Positions 19,069 to 30,997 of a stretch of DNA of 64,000 bases are shown here, piece after piece. The stretch spans positions 128,771 through 192,770 of the forward strand of contig CAVZGV010000003.1 of the NCBI GenBank assembly GCA_963774955.1. The letters run 5' to 3'. The notes under the pieces are model-generated. The model worked only from the letters and a program-made list of their open reading frames with translations. It searched no databases and was not told the DNA's origin. A program made the translations under genes and the position numbers. Within the stretch, counting starts at the first letter, position 1, and each line of letters starts with the position of its first letter. Origin of the DNA: Candidatus Falkowbacteria bacterium (GTDB lineage Bacteria; Patescibacteriota; Patescibacteriia; CAIXNZ01).

Positions 19069-19428
19069 ATGAAAGAAAAAGAGGAAAAGATTTTCAGACT
19101 ACGAACATCTTGTGGCGTCGCAGTGGTTAGAGCTGAAAGTGCGGAAGAAGCTGCGGTTTTGCTTCTGCAATATGAAAAAGAAGTCAAGATGGATCGTTCT
19201 TTGGCGTTTTCAGCTGTTTCATCTAAACAAGGTACGACGCGCTTTCTGCACTTAATTAAAGATGAGTCTAAATTCCAAAGGGGGAGTAAGTGGGACGGTA
19301 ATGATCACTTGTTGTTGACTGGCGGATTGGTAAGTTGTTTGGAAGAACTTCCGAGTGATGAAGGCGTATTGGCCTATTTTTCTGAGGAATCTCGAGACTC
19401 TGTTTTCGCAGAGCCAGAAGGGTTCTAA
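19069..19428 (+). CDS. hypothetical protein
   Basis: Strong RBS AAGGAGGAACGG then ATG at 19069; the track ORF starts at 18973. Putative TTGACC-17-TAAGAT promoter at about 18938-18966. Confidence 0.45.
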   Translation: MKEKEEKIFRLRTSCGVAVVRAESAEEAAVLLLQYEKEVKMDRSLAFSAVSSKQGTTRFLHLIKDESKFQRGSKWDGNDHLLLTGGLVSCLEELPSDEGVLAYFSEESRDSVFAEPEGF

Positions 19429-19458
19429 ATGCCTAGCCATCGCGTATTCCGCGGATTT

Positions 19459-19497
19459 CCCCGTTCAGGTTTATATCTGGCGGGGATTTTTTATTTA
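19459..19497 (+). terminator. rho-independent terminator
   Basis: CCCCG..CAG/CTG..CGGGG hairpin followed by ATTTTTTATTT. Confidence 0.5.
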
Positions 19498-19524
19498 AGA
19501 GTATGTGTCTGAATCGGGGTCGCT

Positions 19525-19561
19525 CCAAGGTTCGACCTCCAAATTGGAGGTCGAACCTTGG
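19525..19561. repeat. 37-bp perfect palindrome (18-bp arms)
   Basis: CCAAGGTTCGACCTCCAA-A-TTGGAGGTCGAACCTTGG. Confidence 0.8.
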
Positions 19562-19590
19562 ACAGGGGATTCCCGTAATTTATTGAGCCG

Positions 19591-19617
19591 TTAGCACTCG
19601 TACTTGACGACTGCTAA
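19591..19617 (+). promoter_or_regulatory. CIRCE operator (HrcA binding site) overlapping a TTGACG-17-TATACT promoter
   Basis: TTAGCACTC-N9-GACTGCTAA versus consensus TTAGCACTC-N9-GAGTGCTAA. -35 at 19604-19609 and -10 TATACT at 19627-19632. Confidence 0.7.
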
Positions 19618-19815
19618 CAGTTGCATTATACTGTAAGTAAAGTTAGAATCAGGATTTAAGGGGAATAAATGCAGCTATAATAACCAATAATCAAATTTCA
19701 AATATCAAATAAATATCAAATCCCAAATTACAAAATTTAAAATGTTTGTATATTGGTGCTTGTAATTTGTAATTTATTTGGAGCTTGTGATTTGGAACTT
19801 GTGATTTGAATAAAT

Positions 19816-20511
19816 ATGAATGATCGTCAAAAGAAGTTACTTAATTTAATAATAAATGAGCATATCCAGACTGCCGAACCCGTGGGCTCTGGTTTTTTGG
19901 TGGCCAAAGGCGGCATGGATGTGTCTTCGGCTACGATCAGGAATGAAATGGCGGATTTGGAAAAAGAAGGCTTTATTTATCAGCCTCATACTTCGGCCGG
20001 ACGGGTGCCGACTGAAAAAGGTTATCAGTTTTATGTAGATAATTTTGTAGAAAAGCGGGAAATAAAAGCCACCTGGCGCAAGTCATTTGAACTGGTCTTG
20101 AAGCAAAAAATCGATGATGATGAATTGCTGAAAAATCTGGCTAAGACTGCAGTGGAATTGGCTGACGCCACGGTCATAGTCGCTTTTGATAAGGAACATA
20201 TTTACTATACCGGTTTGTCAAATTTATTTAAAAAACCGGAATTTGCCGACCAGAATGTTATCTGCAATATTTCTGAAGTTATCGATCATCTCGATGATAA
20301 GATTAGCAAGATTTTTGATAAGGTTAACAAGGTTGAAGTTTTGATTGGTTCCAAAAATCCTTTCGGTGATGATTGCTCCTCGATTTTTGGCCGATATTTT
20401 TTAAAGGACAAGTCAGCCGGGTTATTCATTATTTTGGGTCCCAAGCGTATGGATTATAATAAAAATTTGGCCTTGGTGGAATTTATAAGTAAGTCTTTAA
20501 CTAAGGTATAG
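19816..20511 (+). CDS. hrcA: heat-inducible transcription repressor HrcA
   Basis: N-terminal wHTH LLNLIINEHIQTAEPVGSGFL. Sits between CIRCE and grpE. Confidence 0.85.
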   Translation: MNDRQKKLLNLIINEHIQTAEPVGSGFLVAKGGMDVSSATIRNEMADLEKEGFIYQPHTSAGRVPTEKGYQFYVDNFVEKREIKATWRKSFELVLKQKIDDDELLKNLAKTAVELADATVIVAFDKEHIYYTGLSNLFKKPEFADQNVICNISEVIDHLDDKISKIFDKVNKVEVLIGSKNPFGDDCSSIFGRYFLKDKSAGLFIILGPKRMDYNKNLALVEFISKSLTKV

Positions 20512-20610
20512 ATTCTACAGATTACAGATCTTTACAGATATACGAATCGGGATAAGTTCCTCTCGCAATCTGTATATCTGTACAAATCTGTAATCTGTAG
20601 TAACAAATTT

Positions 20611-21087
20611 ATGTCAGACGAACAAACACAACCAAATAATTCAGAAGAGATAGAAAAGCTCCAAACCCAATGTGAAGAGTATCTCAACGGTTGGAAACGG
20701 GCCACGGCTGATTACCAGAATTTAAAAAAGGAAACAGAAGAGAAACAGAAATCTTTTTTTAATATGGCTAATGCGGCTTTATTGACCCAGATCCTGCCGA
20801 TTTATGATAATCTGAAAAAAGCGCTGGCAACTTTGCCGACAGAAAATAATGACGCCTGGGCCGAGGGTATCAAGGCTATAAAAAATCAGTTTGAGAGTTT
20901 TCTGAAAGCTTACGAAATTGAAGAGATAAAAACAGTCGGCGAAAAGTTCAATCCGGAATTTCATGATGCTGTCAGTAAAGAAAAAAAAGAAGGTGTTGAG
21001 GCGGATATGATTATCAGCGAGGCCGGACCTGGTTATCTGATTAAAGGTAAGGTGCTAGTCCCGGCGAAAGTGGTAGTGAGTGAATAA
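20611..21087 (+). CDS. grpE: nucleotide exchange factor GrpE (short form)
   Basis: Coiled-coil N-terminus with KRATADYQNLKKETEE and a C-terminal beta domain. Confidence 0.8.
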   Translation: MSDEQTQPNNSEEIEKLQTQCEEYLNGWKRATADYQNLKKETEEKQKSFFNMANAALLTQILPIYDNLKKALATLPTENNDAWAEGIKAIKNQFESFLKAYEIEEIKTVGEKFNPEFHDAVSKEKKEGVEADMIISEAGPGYLIKGKVLVPAKVVVSE

Positions 21088-21255
21088 GTAGAAGTTAGGA
21101 ATCCAATTGCTTCGAGTTACGATTACGTAATTGGGAACTTTCTCAAGGAAAGTGGAATCCGAGACTACGTGATTCCGCATTTGAGGTGCATAAGCCATAT
21201 TAATTTAAATAATTTGCCCGAACTCTTGCGAGCTCGGGCTTGGTGCAGAAACTTT

Positions 21256-21576
21256 TTAAGCTTCTTTGATTTTAGCAGTCGTATCCAGGAATAATTTAGG
21301 GCTTCCGGCTTCGGTCTCGATGACGATGGGAATGGTGACTCGCTTGTCACCAGGCAATGTGAACATTGCTTTGGTCGTGGCGCGTCGTCCATCTTTGATC
21401 AGTCCCAGTTCATAGAGAGGTACGCCGTTGACGATGATTTTGGCGATTTTTCTCTGGGTTTTTTTGTCCCAATGGTCCGGCGCTAACTGCCGGGTGGTTT
21501 CGATCAAATTGTCGTCCACGCCCCAAAGTTGTCCGCCAAGCCTACCGCCATTATTCCTTTTCACCATCTCGCACAT
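21256..21576 (-). CDS. hypothetical protein, GC-rich, inserted antisense between grpE and dnaK
   Basis: Strong minus-strand RBS AAGGAGGG and terminator hairpin GCCCGAGCTCGCAAGAGTTCGGGC. Composition visibly GC-richer than the flanks. Confidence 0.5.
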   Translation of the reverse strand: MCEMVKRNNGGRLGGQLWGVDDNLIETTRQLAPDHWDKKTQRKIAKIIVNGVPLYELGLIKDGRRATTKAMFTLPGDKRVTIPIVIETEAGSPKLFLDTTAKIKEA

Positions 21577-21917
21577 AAAGTACCCTCCTTCGCAACCGTG
21601 TTTTCTTGTCCCTGCCTAAAAAAGTTTTCCGCTTTAAAAAAGAACTTAGGTCATCTGCTTACCCCCTTCATTTGAAAATTATATTTGAATCATTGAAAAG
21701 CAAGCATTACTAATTTAATATAACTGAGAATGGTTGTTTTTGTCAAGGGGAACAGTGGAAAATTGGTTGAAAATGGCGAATAGCTAATTAGCTCAAGTAG
21801 ACACTTGTGGGTAAACCAAATAAGCCAATAATAGGCTATCTGACTACAAGCTTGGATTAGAAATTGAGATAAATTTATTTGCCATTTAGGCTTAAACTTG
21901 GATTTAATTATTATTAA

Positions 21918-23900
<1,983 letters not shown>

Positions 23901-23967
23901 GTGCTTGATATCCGTAGCTCGTAAGAGCGAAGGATAGGAGTTTGAGGAAGAGAAATAATTAGATTTT

Positions 23968-24567
23968 ATGCCTAATTTGGAACAACTTAGTTTGGGAACA
24001 ATTGAAGCTAAAAATGAGCAGAGAGCGAAAGAAATTTTAGCTGATTTAGATTTGAAAATAGAGGATTTGAAGGGTAGGAAGATTTTAGATATTGGTGCCG
24101 GCAATGCGGAAATTGCTAAGGTTTTAAATAATAAGGGGGCTAAAGTTTTTTCTTTGGAAATTAATTTGGAGTCTGTAAAAAAAGAATACCAGGATTTTTC
24201 AGCAGAAGGCGCTAATTATGTCCAGGCAAAGGCGGAAAAAACGCCGTTTAAGGACGAAGTATTTGACTTGCTAATTTCTCATGGTAGCCCTCCCATGACT
24301 AGCCCAACAAAAGAAGAAATAGCGGCTGTAATTAAAGAGGGATATAGAGTATTAAGTAAAAAAGGTGAATGGCGCATCGGCAAAGGTTATTTAAATGCTG
24401 CAGCTTTTACAGATTTGAATTTACCCGACAATTTACCTTTTAAGGAAAGAGTAAAAATAATTAAAGATAATTCTTTAAGTTACTTAAAAAGTATTTGGTC
24501 TGGCCAAGTTGAAGAAATTCAAAAAGGTGAAAATCTGGATGAAATATTTTATCGTTTAGTTAAATAG
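23968..24567 (+). CDS. class I SAM-dependent methyltransferase
   Basis: Motif I ILDIGAGNAEIA. Confidence 0.6.
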   Translation: MPNLEQLSLGTIEAKNEQRAKEILADLDLKIEDLKGRKILDIGAGNAEIAKVLNNKGAKVFSLEINLESVKKEYQDFSAEGANYVQAKAEKTPFKDEVFDLLISHGSPPMTSPTKEEIAAVIKEGYRVLSKKGEWRIGKGYLNAAAFTDLNLPDNLPFKERVKIIKDNSLSYLKSIWSGQVEEIQKGENLDEIFYRLVK

Positions 24568-24598
24568 AGACAAATATGAATTATTAATAAATTGTTTT

Positions 24599-24883
24599 AT
24601 GGAAAATCAACCAAACCAAATCAACATCAAAATCACCGACGAAGTTATGGAAGGACGATATGCCAATATGATGCGAGTGTCGCATACCAAGGAGGAGTTT
24701 ATTTTGGATTTTGCCAACATTGTGCCGCCGCAGGGGATAATGACGGCCAGGGTGATTACCAGCCCGGGGCATATGAAACGGATTATTAAGGCCTTGCAGG
24801 AGAATCTGGAGAGGTATGAAAAGTCGTTCGGAGCCATTGATGAAGCCGAAGCGCCGAAGGGGATTCCTTTTCCGAACGTTTAA
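24599..24883 (+). CDS. DUF3467-like small protein
   Basis: YANMMRVSHTKEEFILDF...ITSPGHMKRIIKALQENLERYEKSFG. Confidence 0.4.
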   Translation: MENQPNQINIKITDEVMEGRYANMMRVSHTKEEFILDFANIVPPQGIMTARVITSPGHMKRIIKALQENLERYEKSFGAIDEAEAPKGIPFPNV

Positions 24884-25373
24884 AAAAAAGTTTGTCATAC
24901 CGACCGAAGTGGAGGTATCCCTTAGGTCATTGAGGGATTTCTCGGCTACGCTCGAAATGGGTAAATGGTACAAACTGGTTGGTGAAAAGAATCCACAGGG
25001 ATTATCTTGGTTAAGAATGCGTCTAAACGGAGCTACAATTACGCAAGAATTACTGGGTAACAATTAACAAATGGAACATAAATATTTCAGATTTTCATAA
25101 GTGGGAAGAAAATGGCGGTTTAAGCTCGACTGACATTAAATTACAAACTAAAAGAGTAATTTCTCCCGACATGATTTAGGAATATCGCCAAAAACGAATA
25201 AACTTGAAGGATATTTTTCCGTTTAAAAAGATTGTATCCACATTCAGGATTAAGCAAAGATAACAAAACAATTACATTAGCTGGTATATTCATTTCAAAA
25301 ATCATTAATTCACCAACCAGTTTGGACCCCTTATACCCGAAATGACAAAAACAAACTTTTTTAGGATAATTCT

Positions 25374-25682
25374 ATGCGTGAATACAATTTCTATGTTTAC
25401 ATCATGGCCAGTGATAGCGGAACATTGTATGTCGGCGTGACTAATAGCCTGGAACGGCGTGTCTGGGAACATAAAAACGGTATTCTGCCCGGCTTTACAA
25501 AGCGTTATTCCTGTCATAAACTGATTTATTTTGAACAATACGATTATATAGAAGATGCCATTGCCCGTGAAAAACAATTAAAACGATGGCGCCGGGAAAA
25601 GAAACAAAATTTAATCAAGACTTTGAATCCTTCATGGAAAGATTTAAGCGCAGATTGGTATAAACAAATTAATTTTAAATAA
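25374..25682 (+). CDS. stand-alone GIY-YIG (URI-domain) nuclease-family protein
   Basis: YVYIM..SGTLYVGVTNSLERRVWEHK and REKQLKRWRREKK. Confidence 0.8.
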   Translation: MREYNFYVYIMASDSGTLYVGVTNSLERRVWEHKNGILPGFTKRYSCHKLIYFEQYDYIEDAIAREKQLKRWRREKKQNLIKTLNPSWKDLSADWYKQINFK

Positions 25683-25688
25683 TATATT

Positions 25689-26885
25689 ATGTCTTCATTT
25701 GAATCAAATGAACAACCTCAAAACGGCTTTGATTATGTCCTGGCCGCTGATTTGGTGCGGCAGAAAATTGAATTTGAAAACAGCACGGACAAGAAATTGA
25801 AATCACAGCTGAAAAATAAGATTAAGGAAAATTTCGGCAGTATTGATACGCTTAAGCCGGAGAAAACTACGCCGACCAGGAAAATTTTTGAATTGGAAGT
25901 GGAACGACAGCGCCTTTTAAGCGCCCAGACCAATGGCGAACAGCCAGAAATTATCAGCACCCGTGAGATTGATTATGATCCGGCCCAGCAGCTTTTTATT
26001 TTTGAAGCCAAAGGCGGTTATAAGGTCAAACGCACTGCCGGTGATCTGATCAGTGATATTAATTGGGGACTTTATTATAATGTTGATAAATTGAAGGCCC
26101 AGCCGGAAATGGCGGAATTCATTAAAATTTACAAAGCCAAGATTTTTGACGCCAAGCTGGATGAAATTGAGGAAGAACAGTTGTTAATTGAAAGATTGGA
26201 AATTGATAAGGTCGGGAATCATGATTCCAACGTCGGCAAGGCTTATCTTAAAGCCTATGAAGCCTTGAAGAAAAGACAAGCTAAAAGAACCAAAGGGGAA
26301 ACTGATACTGAACTGGCTTCGGGTTTTGCTTTTGAAAGAATGATCAATTGTTTGCTGACCAAAGTGGCTTATGATTTGGGGGTTAAATGGGATTTTGATG
26401 TCAGACAGGCGACGGCTGATGATGATATTATCAATAAAATCGATGTGATTCTGGAATTTGTCAATAAACGACGCGGTGTGGGCGTGGAAAAAGAGCCGAC
26501 TGCCGCTGATCTGAAAAAAGGTTATCAGGTTACGTTGATTACTTCCGGGACAACTGAATTCAAACATAAGCAGGACCAGGTCAGAAAACAACAGGCCAAT
26601 TTTCAGCAGGCCAAAGCGCGCGGAGAAAAACCGCCGGTGGACGATTTGATTCTGATTAATCCCGGTGAGGAATTTGAAGATGTGGCTTCAACCTTAAAAA
26701 TTTGGAATAAGCAGGGTATGGCGGCCGGCGGACCGGAAAACTTTTTATCGATTGAACGTACGGTGGAAAAGTATTTGCGGGATATTTTTAAAGGCACCAA
26801 GCTAGATTTTGATAAGAATCCAGAATTCTTAGATGAAATCAAACAGAGTTTTAAGGCTAAGGGGATGAAGGAATCGGATAAATAA
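25689..26885 (+). CDS. hypothetical protein
   Basis: Intact 398-aa ORF, charged and helical; no motif recognised. Confidence 0.45.
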   Translation: MSSFESNEQPQNGFDYVLAADLVRQKIEFENSTDKKLKSQLKNKIKENFGSIDTLKPEKTTPTRKIFELEVERQRLLSAQTNGEQPEIISTREIDYDPAQQLFIFEAKGGYKVKRTAGDLISDINWGLYYNVDKLKAQPEMAEFIKIYKAKIFDAKLDEIEEEQLLIERLEIDKVGNHDSNVGKAYLKAYEALKKRQAKRTKGETDTELASGFAFERMINCLLTKVAYDLGVKWDFDVRQATADDDIINKIDVILEFVNKRRGVGVEKEPTAADLKKGYQVTLITSGTTEFKHKQDQVRKQQANFQQAKARGEKPPVDDLILINPGEEFEDVASTLKIWNKQGMAAGGPENFLSIERTVEKYLRDIFKGTKLDFDKNPEFLDEIKQSFKAKGMKESDK

Positions 26886-27028
26886 GGAATCGGTTTAAAG
26901 TTTAATGGCTACGATGCTCGTATCGTTTAGAGGTTGTGTCTTTCGTCCTAAAAAATCACCTTACCGTTTGACGCCTAACCATCCGGGCTTCGTTACCCTA
27001 ACCGTTTAACGTTTTACTATTATCAATT

Positions 27029-28141
27029 ATGTCCAAAGACTACTACAATATACTCGGCGTGGGTAAAACCGCGTCCAAAGAAGAAATCAAAAAGGCCTTT
27101 CGGGAAAAGGCCCATCTTTATCATCCTGATAAACCGGGTGGTGACGAGAAAAAATTTAAGGAAATTAATGAAGCTTATCAGGTTCTGGGTAATGATGAAA
27201 AGCGCCAGCAGTATGACCAGTTTGGCTCTGATTTTGCTCAGCAGGGCGGTTTTGGCGGTGGTATGGGCTGGGAGGACTTTATGCGTCAGGCCAGACAGGG
27301 CGGAGGCTCTTACAGCAATGTTGATTTTGATATGGGTGACTTAGGCGATATCTTGGGTGAAATGTTCGGCGGTGGGTTCGGGTTTGGCGGCGGCGGCAGA
27401 CGTAAATCTACGACTCGAGGCCGTGATATTGAAATTGACCTGACCTTGGATTTTAAAGACGCAGTCTTTGGCTCAGATAAACAGTTGGAAATGAATAAAT
27501 TAGTTACCTGTGAACATTGTCACGGCAATGGTGCTGAACCAGGCACTAAGATAAATGCTTGTAAAATCTGCGACGGCCAGGGAGCAGTTCGTAAAATGCA
27601 GAGGACGATTTTAGGCAATATCCAGACCATGGCTGCTTGTTCTGAGTGCCACGGCGAAGGTAAAACAAATGAAAAAAATTGTATTCAATGCGACGGCCAG
27701 GGCCGTAAAAAAGAAAACGTTAAAATTGAGATTAAAGTTCCGGCCGGCATGAATAATGGTATGAGCCTGAAAATGACCGGACAGGGTGAGGCCGGTATTA
27801 AAGGCGGTAAGACAGGCGATTTGTACATACATATTCACGTGAAGCCTGATCCTGATTTTAGACGTGAAGGCGATGATATTTTAACTCAACTTGATATAAG
27901 CTTTTCCCAGGCGGCTTTGGGCGCCAAGGTTCCGGTCAAAACCATTGACGGTGATGTTGATCTGAAAATTCCGTCCGGGACCCAGTCGGGCAAAGTCTTT
28001 ATTTTAAAAGGCAGGGGCGTGACCCGTTTTCAGCATTATGGCCGCGGCGATCAATTAGTTGAGGTGATTGTCAAAACTCCTGATAAATTAAATAAAAGAC
28101 AAAAGGAACTCTTGGAAGAATTGGGAAAGGAGGGGATTTAA
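27029..28141 (+). CDS. dnaJ: chaperone DnaJ
   Basis: J domain with HPD (YHPDK), G/F-rich linker, four CxxCxGxG zinc-finger repeats and a C-terminal domain. Confidence 0.9.
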   Translation: MSKDYYNILGVGKTASKEEIKKAFREKAHLYHPDKPGGDEKKFKEINEAYQVLGNDEKRQQYDQFGSDFAQQGGFGGGMGWEDFMRQARQGGGSYSNVDFDMGDLGDILGEMFGGGFGFGGGGRRKSTTRGRDIEIDLTLDFKDAVFGSDKQLEMNKLVTCEHCHGNGAEPGTKINACKICDGQGAVRKMQRTILGNIQTMAACSECHGEGKTNEKNCIQCDGQGRKKENVKIEIKVPAGMNNGMSLKMTGQGEAGIKGGKTGDLYIHIHVKPDPDFRREGDDILTQLDISFSQAALGAKVPVKTIDGDVDLKIPSGTQSGKVFILKGRGVTRFQHYGRGDQLVEVIVKTPDKLNKRQKELLEELGKEGI

Positions 28142-28231
28142 AGCGCTCGGGTTGTCAACATATATATTCTGTAGGGAACGGTTTCGACCGTTCCCTACAT
28201 GTTTTTAAACATGCCAACCCGAGCGCTTTTG
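28142..28231 (+). terminator. compound nested-palindrome terminator after dnaJ
   Basis: Outer 13-bp arms AGCGCTCGGGTTG/CAACCCGAGCGCT enclose the inner perfect hairpin GTAGGGAACGGT-TTCG-ACCGTTCCCTAC, then a T-run. Confidence 0.6.
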
Positions 28232-28300
28232 TGTTTGGTAAAAATAGATATTTTATGCTAAAATAAGCACAGGCAGGGTAATCCTGTTAATTTTGTAATT

Positions 28301-29777
28301 ATGAGTCCAGAACCGCAAAGTATAGCCAAAAATACAACTTTTTTAACTGTAGCTTATATTTTTCAGAAAGTATTTGCTTTTGTTTATTTTACCCTGGTGG
28401 CCCGCTTTATCGGCGCTACTGATATCGGTGTCTATACTTTTGCCATATCTTTAACCACGATTTTTTCTGTGTTTATTGATTTTGGTCTGTCCAGTGTTTT
28501 GGTCCGTGAGGCTGCCAAGTTTAAAGACAAGGCCAACGAGTATCTTAATAATATTATCTCCGTTAAAATTATTCTGGCGGTTTTGTCGTATCTGGCTGTT
28601 GCCGCGGTAATTAATCTGTCAGGCAAGCCGGCAATCAGTCAGACTATGGTTTATTTGGCCGGGTTGGTCATGATTTTGGATTCTTTTACTTTGGCCTTTT
28701 TTGCGGTTTTCCGCGCTTACCAGAATTTGAAATATGAAGCCATTGGTATTGCCATTAATCAGATCGTAATTTTAGTCGTCGGCTTGGCCGGTATTTACCT
28801 GAAATTTCCTTTATATGTTCTGGTCTTGGCGCTTTTAGCCGGCAGTACCTTTAATTTTTTATATTCCTTAATTCTGCTCAAAGTAAAACTGAAGTTCAAT
28901 TTTAAATTGCTCTGGGATAAACCGATATTAAAGACTTTATTTAAAATTGCCTTACCTTTTGCTTTAGCCGGTATCTTCGTCCGTGTCTACAGTTATATTG
29001 ATCAGATTTTATTGTCGGTTTTAATCGGGGATCAGGCTTTGGGCTGGTATTCCGTGCCATATAAAATTACATACGCCTTTCAGTTTGTGCCCGCAGCTTT
29101 TGCAGCCGCGATTTACCCGGCCATGAGCGACTGTTTTGTCAGCAATAAGGAAAAACTGAAAATTATTTTTGATAAGTCCATGTATCTGCTGATTATTTTG
29201 TCAGTGCCGACCGCGGTCGGTATCGCCTGCCTGGCTGATAAAATAATCCTGTCTTTATATACTGCGGAATTCAGCCCGTCAATTTTAGCCCTGCAGATTT
29301 TTATCCTGGCGGTCATCCCGATATTTTTAAATTATCCGGTAGGTTCACTTTTAAACGCCTGCGACCGGCAGGCCAGAAATACTTTTAATATGGGGCTGAC
29401 TATGGTTCTGAATATTATTTTAAATCTGATTTTGATCCCTTATTATCAGCATGTGGGCGCGGCTCTGGCGGCGTTGACCAGCCTGACTGTTTTATTTATT
29501 TTAAACTTGGGTCAGGCGCCGAAGATTATAAGTTATGACGCCAGGTATTTGGCTATTAAGTCAGCCAAGTCGATTTTTGCTGCCTGCGGTTATGGCCGCT
29601 TTGATTTTATTTTTTAAAACGCAATTACATTTTATAATTTTAATAATAATGGGGGCAGCTGTTTATCTGGGCATTATGTATGTGATTAAAGGTTTTACCA
29701 AAGCAGACGTCTTATTTTTATGGCAGGCCATATTTAAAAAAGCTGTGCCGAGTGAGGAGGAGACTCTAAAAACATAG
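28301..29777 (+). CDS. Wzx-like polysaccharide flippase (MOP family); last 2 TM helices in shifted frame
   Basis: Twelve or more TM helices with typical MOP flippase topology. A C-terminal helical hairpin continues in track ORF 29535..29777. Confidence 0.55.
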
Positions 29778-29782
29778 GGCTC

Positions 29783-29864
29783 AAACGGCTGTTGTTTACG
29801 GACGGTAGAGACACGGTTAACCGTGTCTCTACATCGCGGGTTAATAAACGGCAGCCGTTTTCGC
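29783..29864. repeat. nested palindromic intergenic element
   Basis: Outer AAACGGCTG/CAGCCGTTT around the inner perfect GTAGAGACACGG-TTAA-CCGTGTCTCTAC. Confidence 0.6.
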
Positions 29865-29880
29865 CCGACAATTAAATTTT

Positions 29881-30997
29881 ATGAAAAAAACTTTACTTAT
29901 TACCATTGATTTTCCGCCGCAAAAGGGCGGGGTGGCCACATATTTAAGCAATTTGTGTCGTAATTTTGATTCCGGTAAAATTGTGGTTTTGGCCAATAAA
30001 CAGGAAGGGGCTGAACATTTTGATAATAAGCAGCGCTATAAAATAATCAGGGCTCGGCTATTTTGTAAATTTTTCTGGCCGGCGTGGTTACGAACTTTGC
30101 GTCAGGCTAAAAAAGTAATCCGTAAGGAAAAGATTGAACAAATTTTAATTTCACATGTTTTACCCATGGGCTATATTGCTTTACTATTAAAACTGCCCTT
30201 TGTTGTCAGTTTGCACGGTTATGATGTTTTGGCCGCGCAAAAAACCGACTGGAAAAAATATTGGCTGCTGAAAATTTTAACCAAAGCCAAGGCAATTATT
30301 GTTAACAGTAATTTTACTGAAAAAGGAAGTTTTAAAATTGGGTTTGTCTGAACAAAAAATTACTTTGGTTTATCCGTGTCCCAATATAAAGCCGGAAGAT
30401 TTGAATTCCCAGGAGCGTCAGACCTTAAAAACTGAATTGGAACTGCACGGCAAAAAAGTACTTTTATCAGTCGGCCGCTTAGTTCCACGCAAAGGATTTG
30501 ATAAGGTGATTGAGTCATTGTCCGAAGTTATTAAGAAAGTGCCGAATTTACAATATTTAATTGTTGGCAATGGACAATATAAAGATGACCTAGAAAAACT
30601 GGCTTTAAATTTAAAAGTTTTGGACCATTTGACTATTTGCGAAGATATTCCCGATACCAACTTGCCGTCCTATTATGATCTGGCAGATGTTTTTATCATG
30701 CCGGCACGGCAGATTGATGTTTGTGACGTGGAAGGCTTTGGCATTGTCTATCTGGAAGCCAATTCATTCGGCAAACCGGTCATTGCCGGTAAAAGCGGGG
30801 GAGCCAGCGAAGCGGTTATAGACGGCCAAACAGGACTTTTGGTTGATCCGGCCAATGTGAGTGATATTGCTAAGGCGATTACCCAGTTAATGACTAATCA
30901 GGAGTATGCCATGAAATTGGGTGAAAATGGCAAGGCTCGAGTTATGAATGAATTTCAGTGGCTTTTACAAGTTGAGAAATTAAAAAATATATTATGA
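29881..30997 (+). pseudogene. GT4-family glycosyltransferase with one frameshift near 30325
   Basis: N-terminal GT4 domain (track ORF 29881..30351) and C-terminal EX7E-type domain (30299..30997) in different frames. The break is at an A-run. Confidence 0.6.

Noticed and set aside
19500-19570. Possible tRNA at the GGTTCGACC palindrome
   Set aside because: The T-loop-like GGTTCGA is part of a perfect 37-bp palindrome. No acceptor, D arm or anticodon arm can be drawn.
24584-25063. 159-aa minus-strand ORF antisense to the DUF3467 gene, and 24816..25067 (+)
   Set aside because: They overlap a better-supported plus-strand gene. No RBS. The composition is typical of antisense noise.
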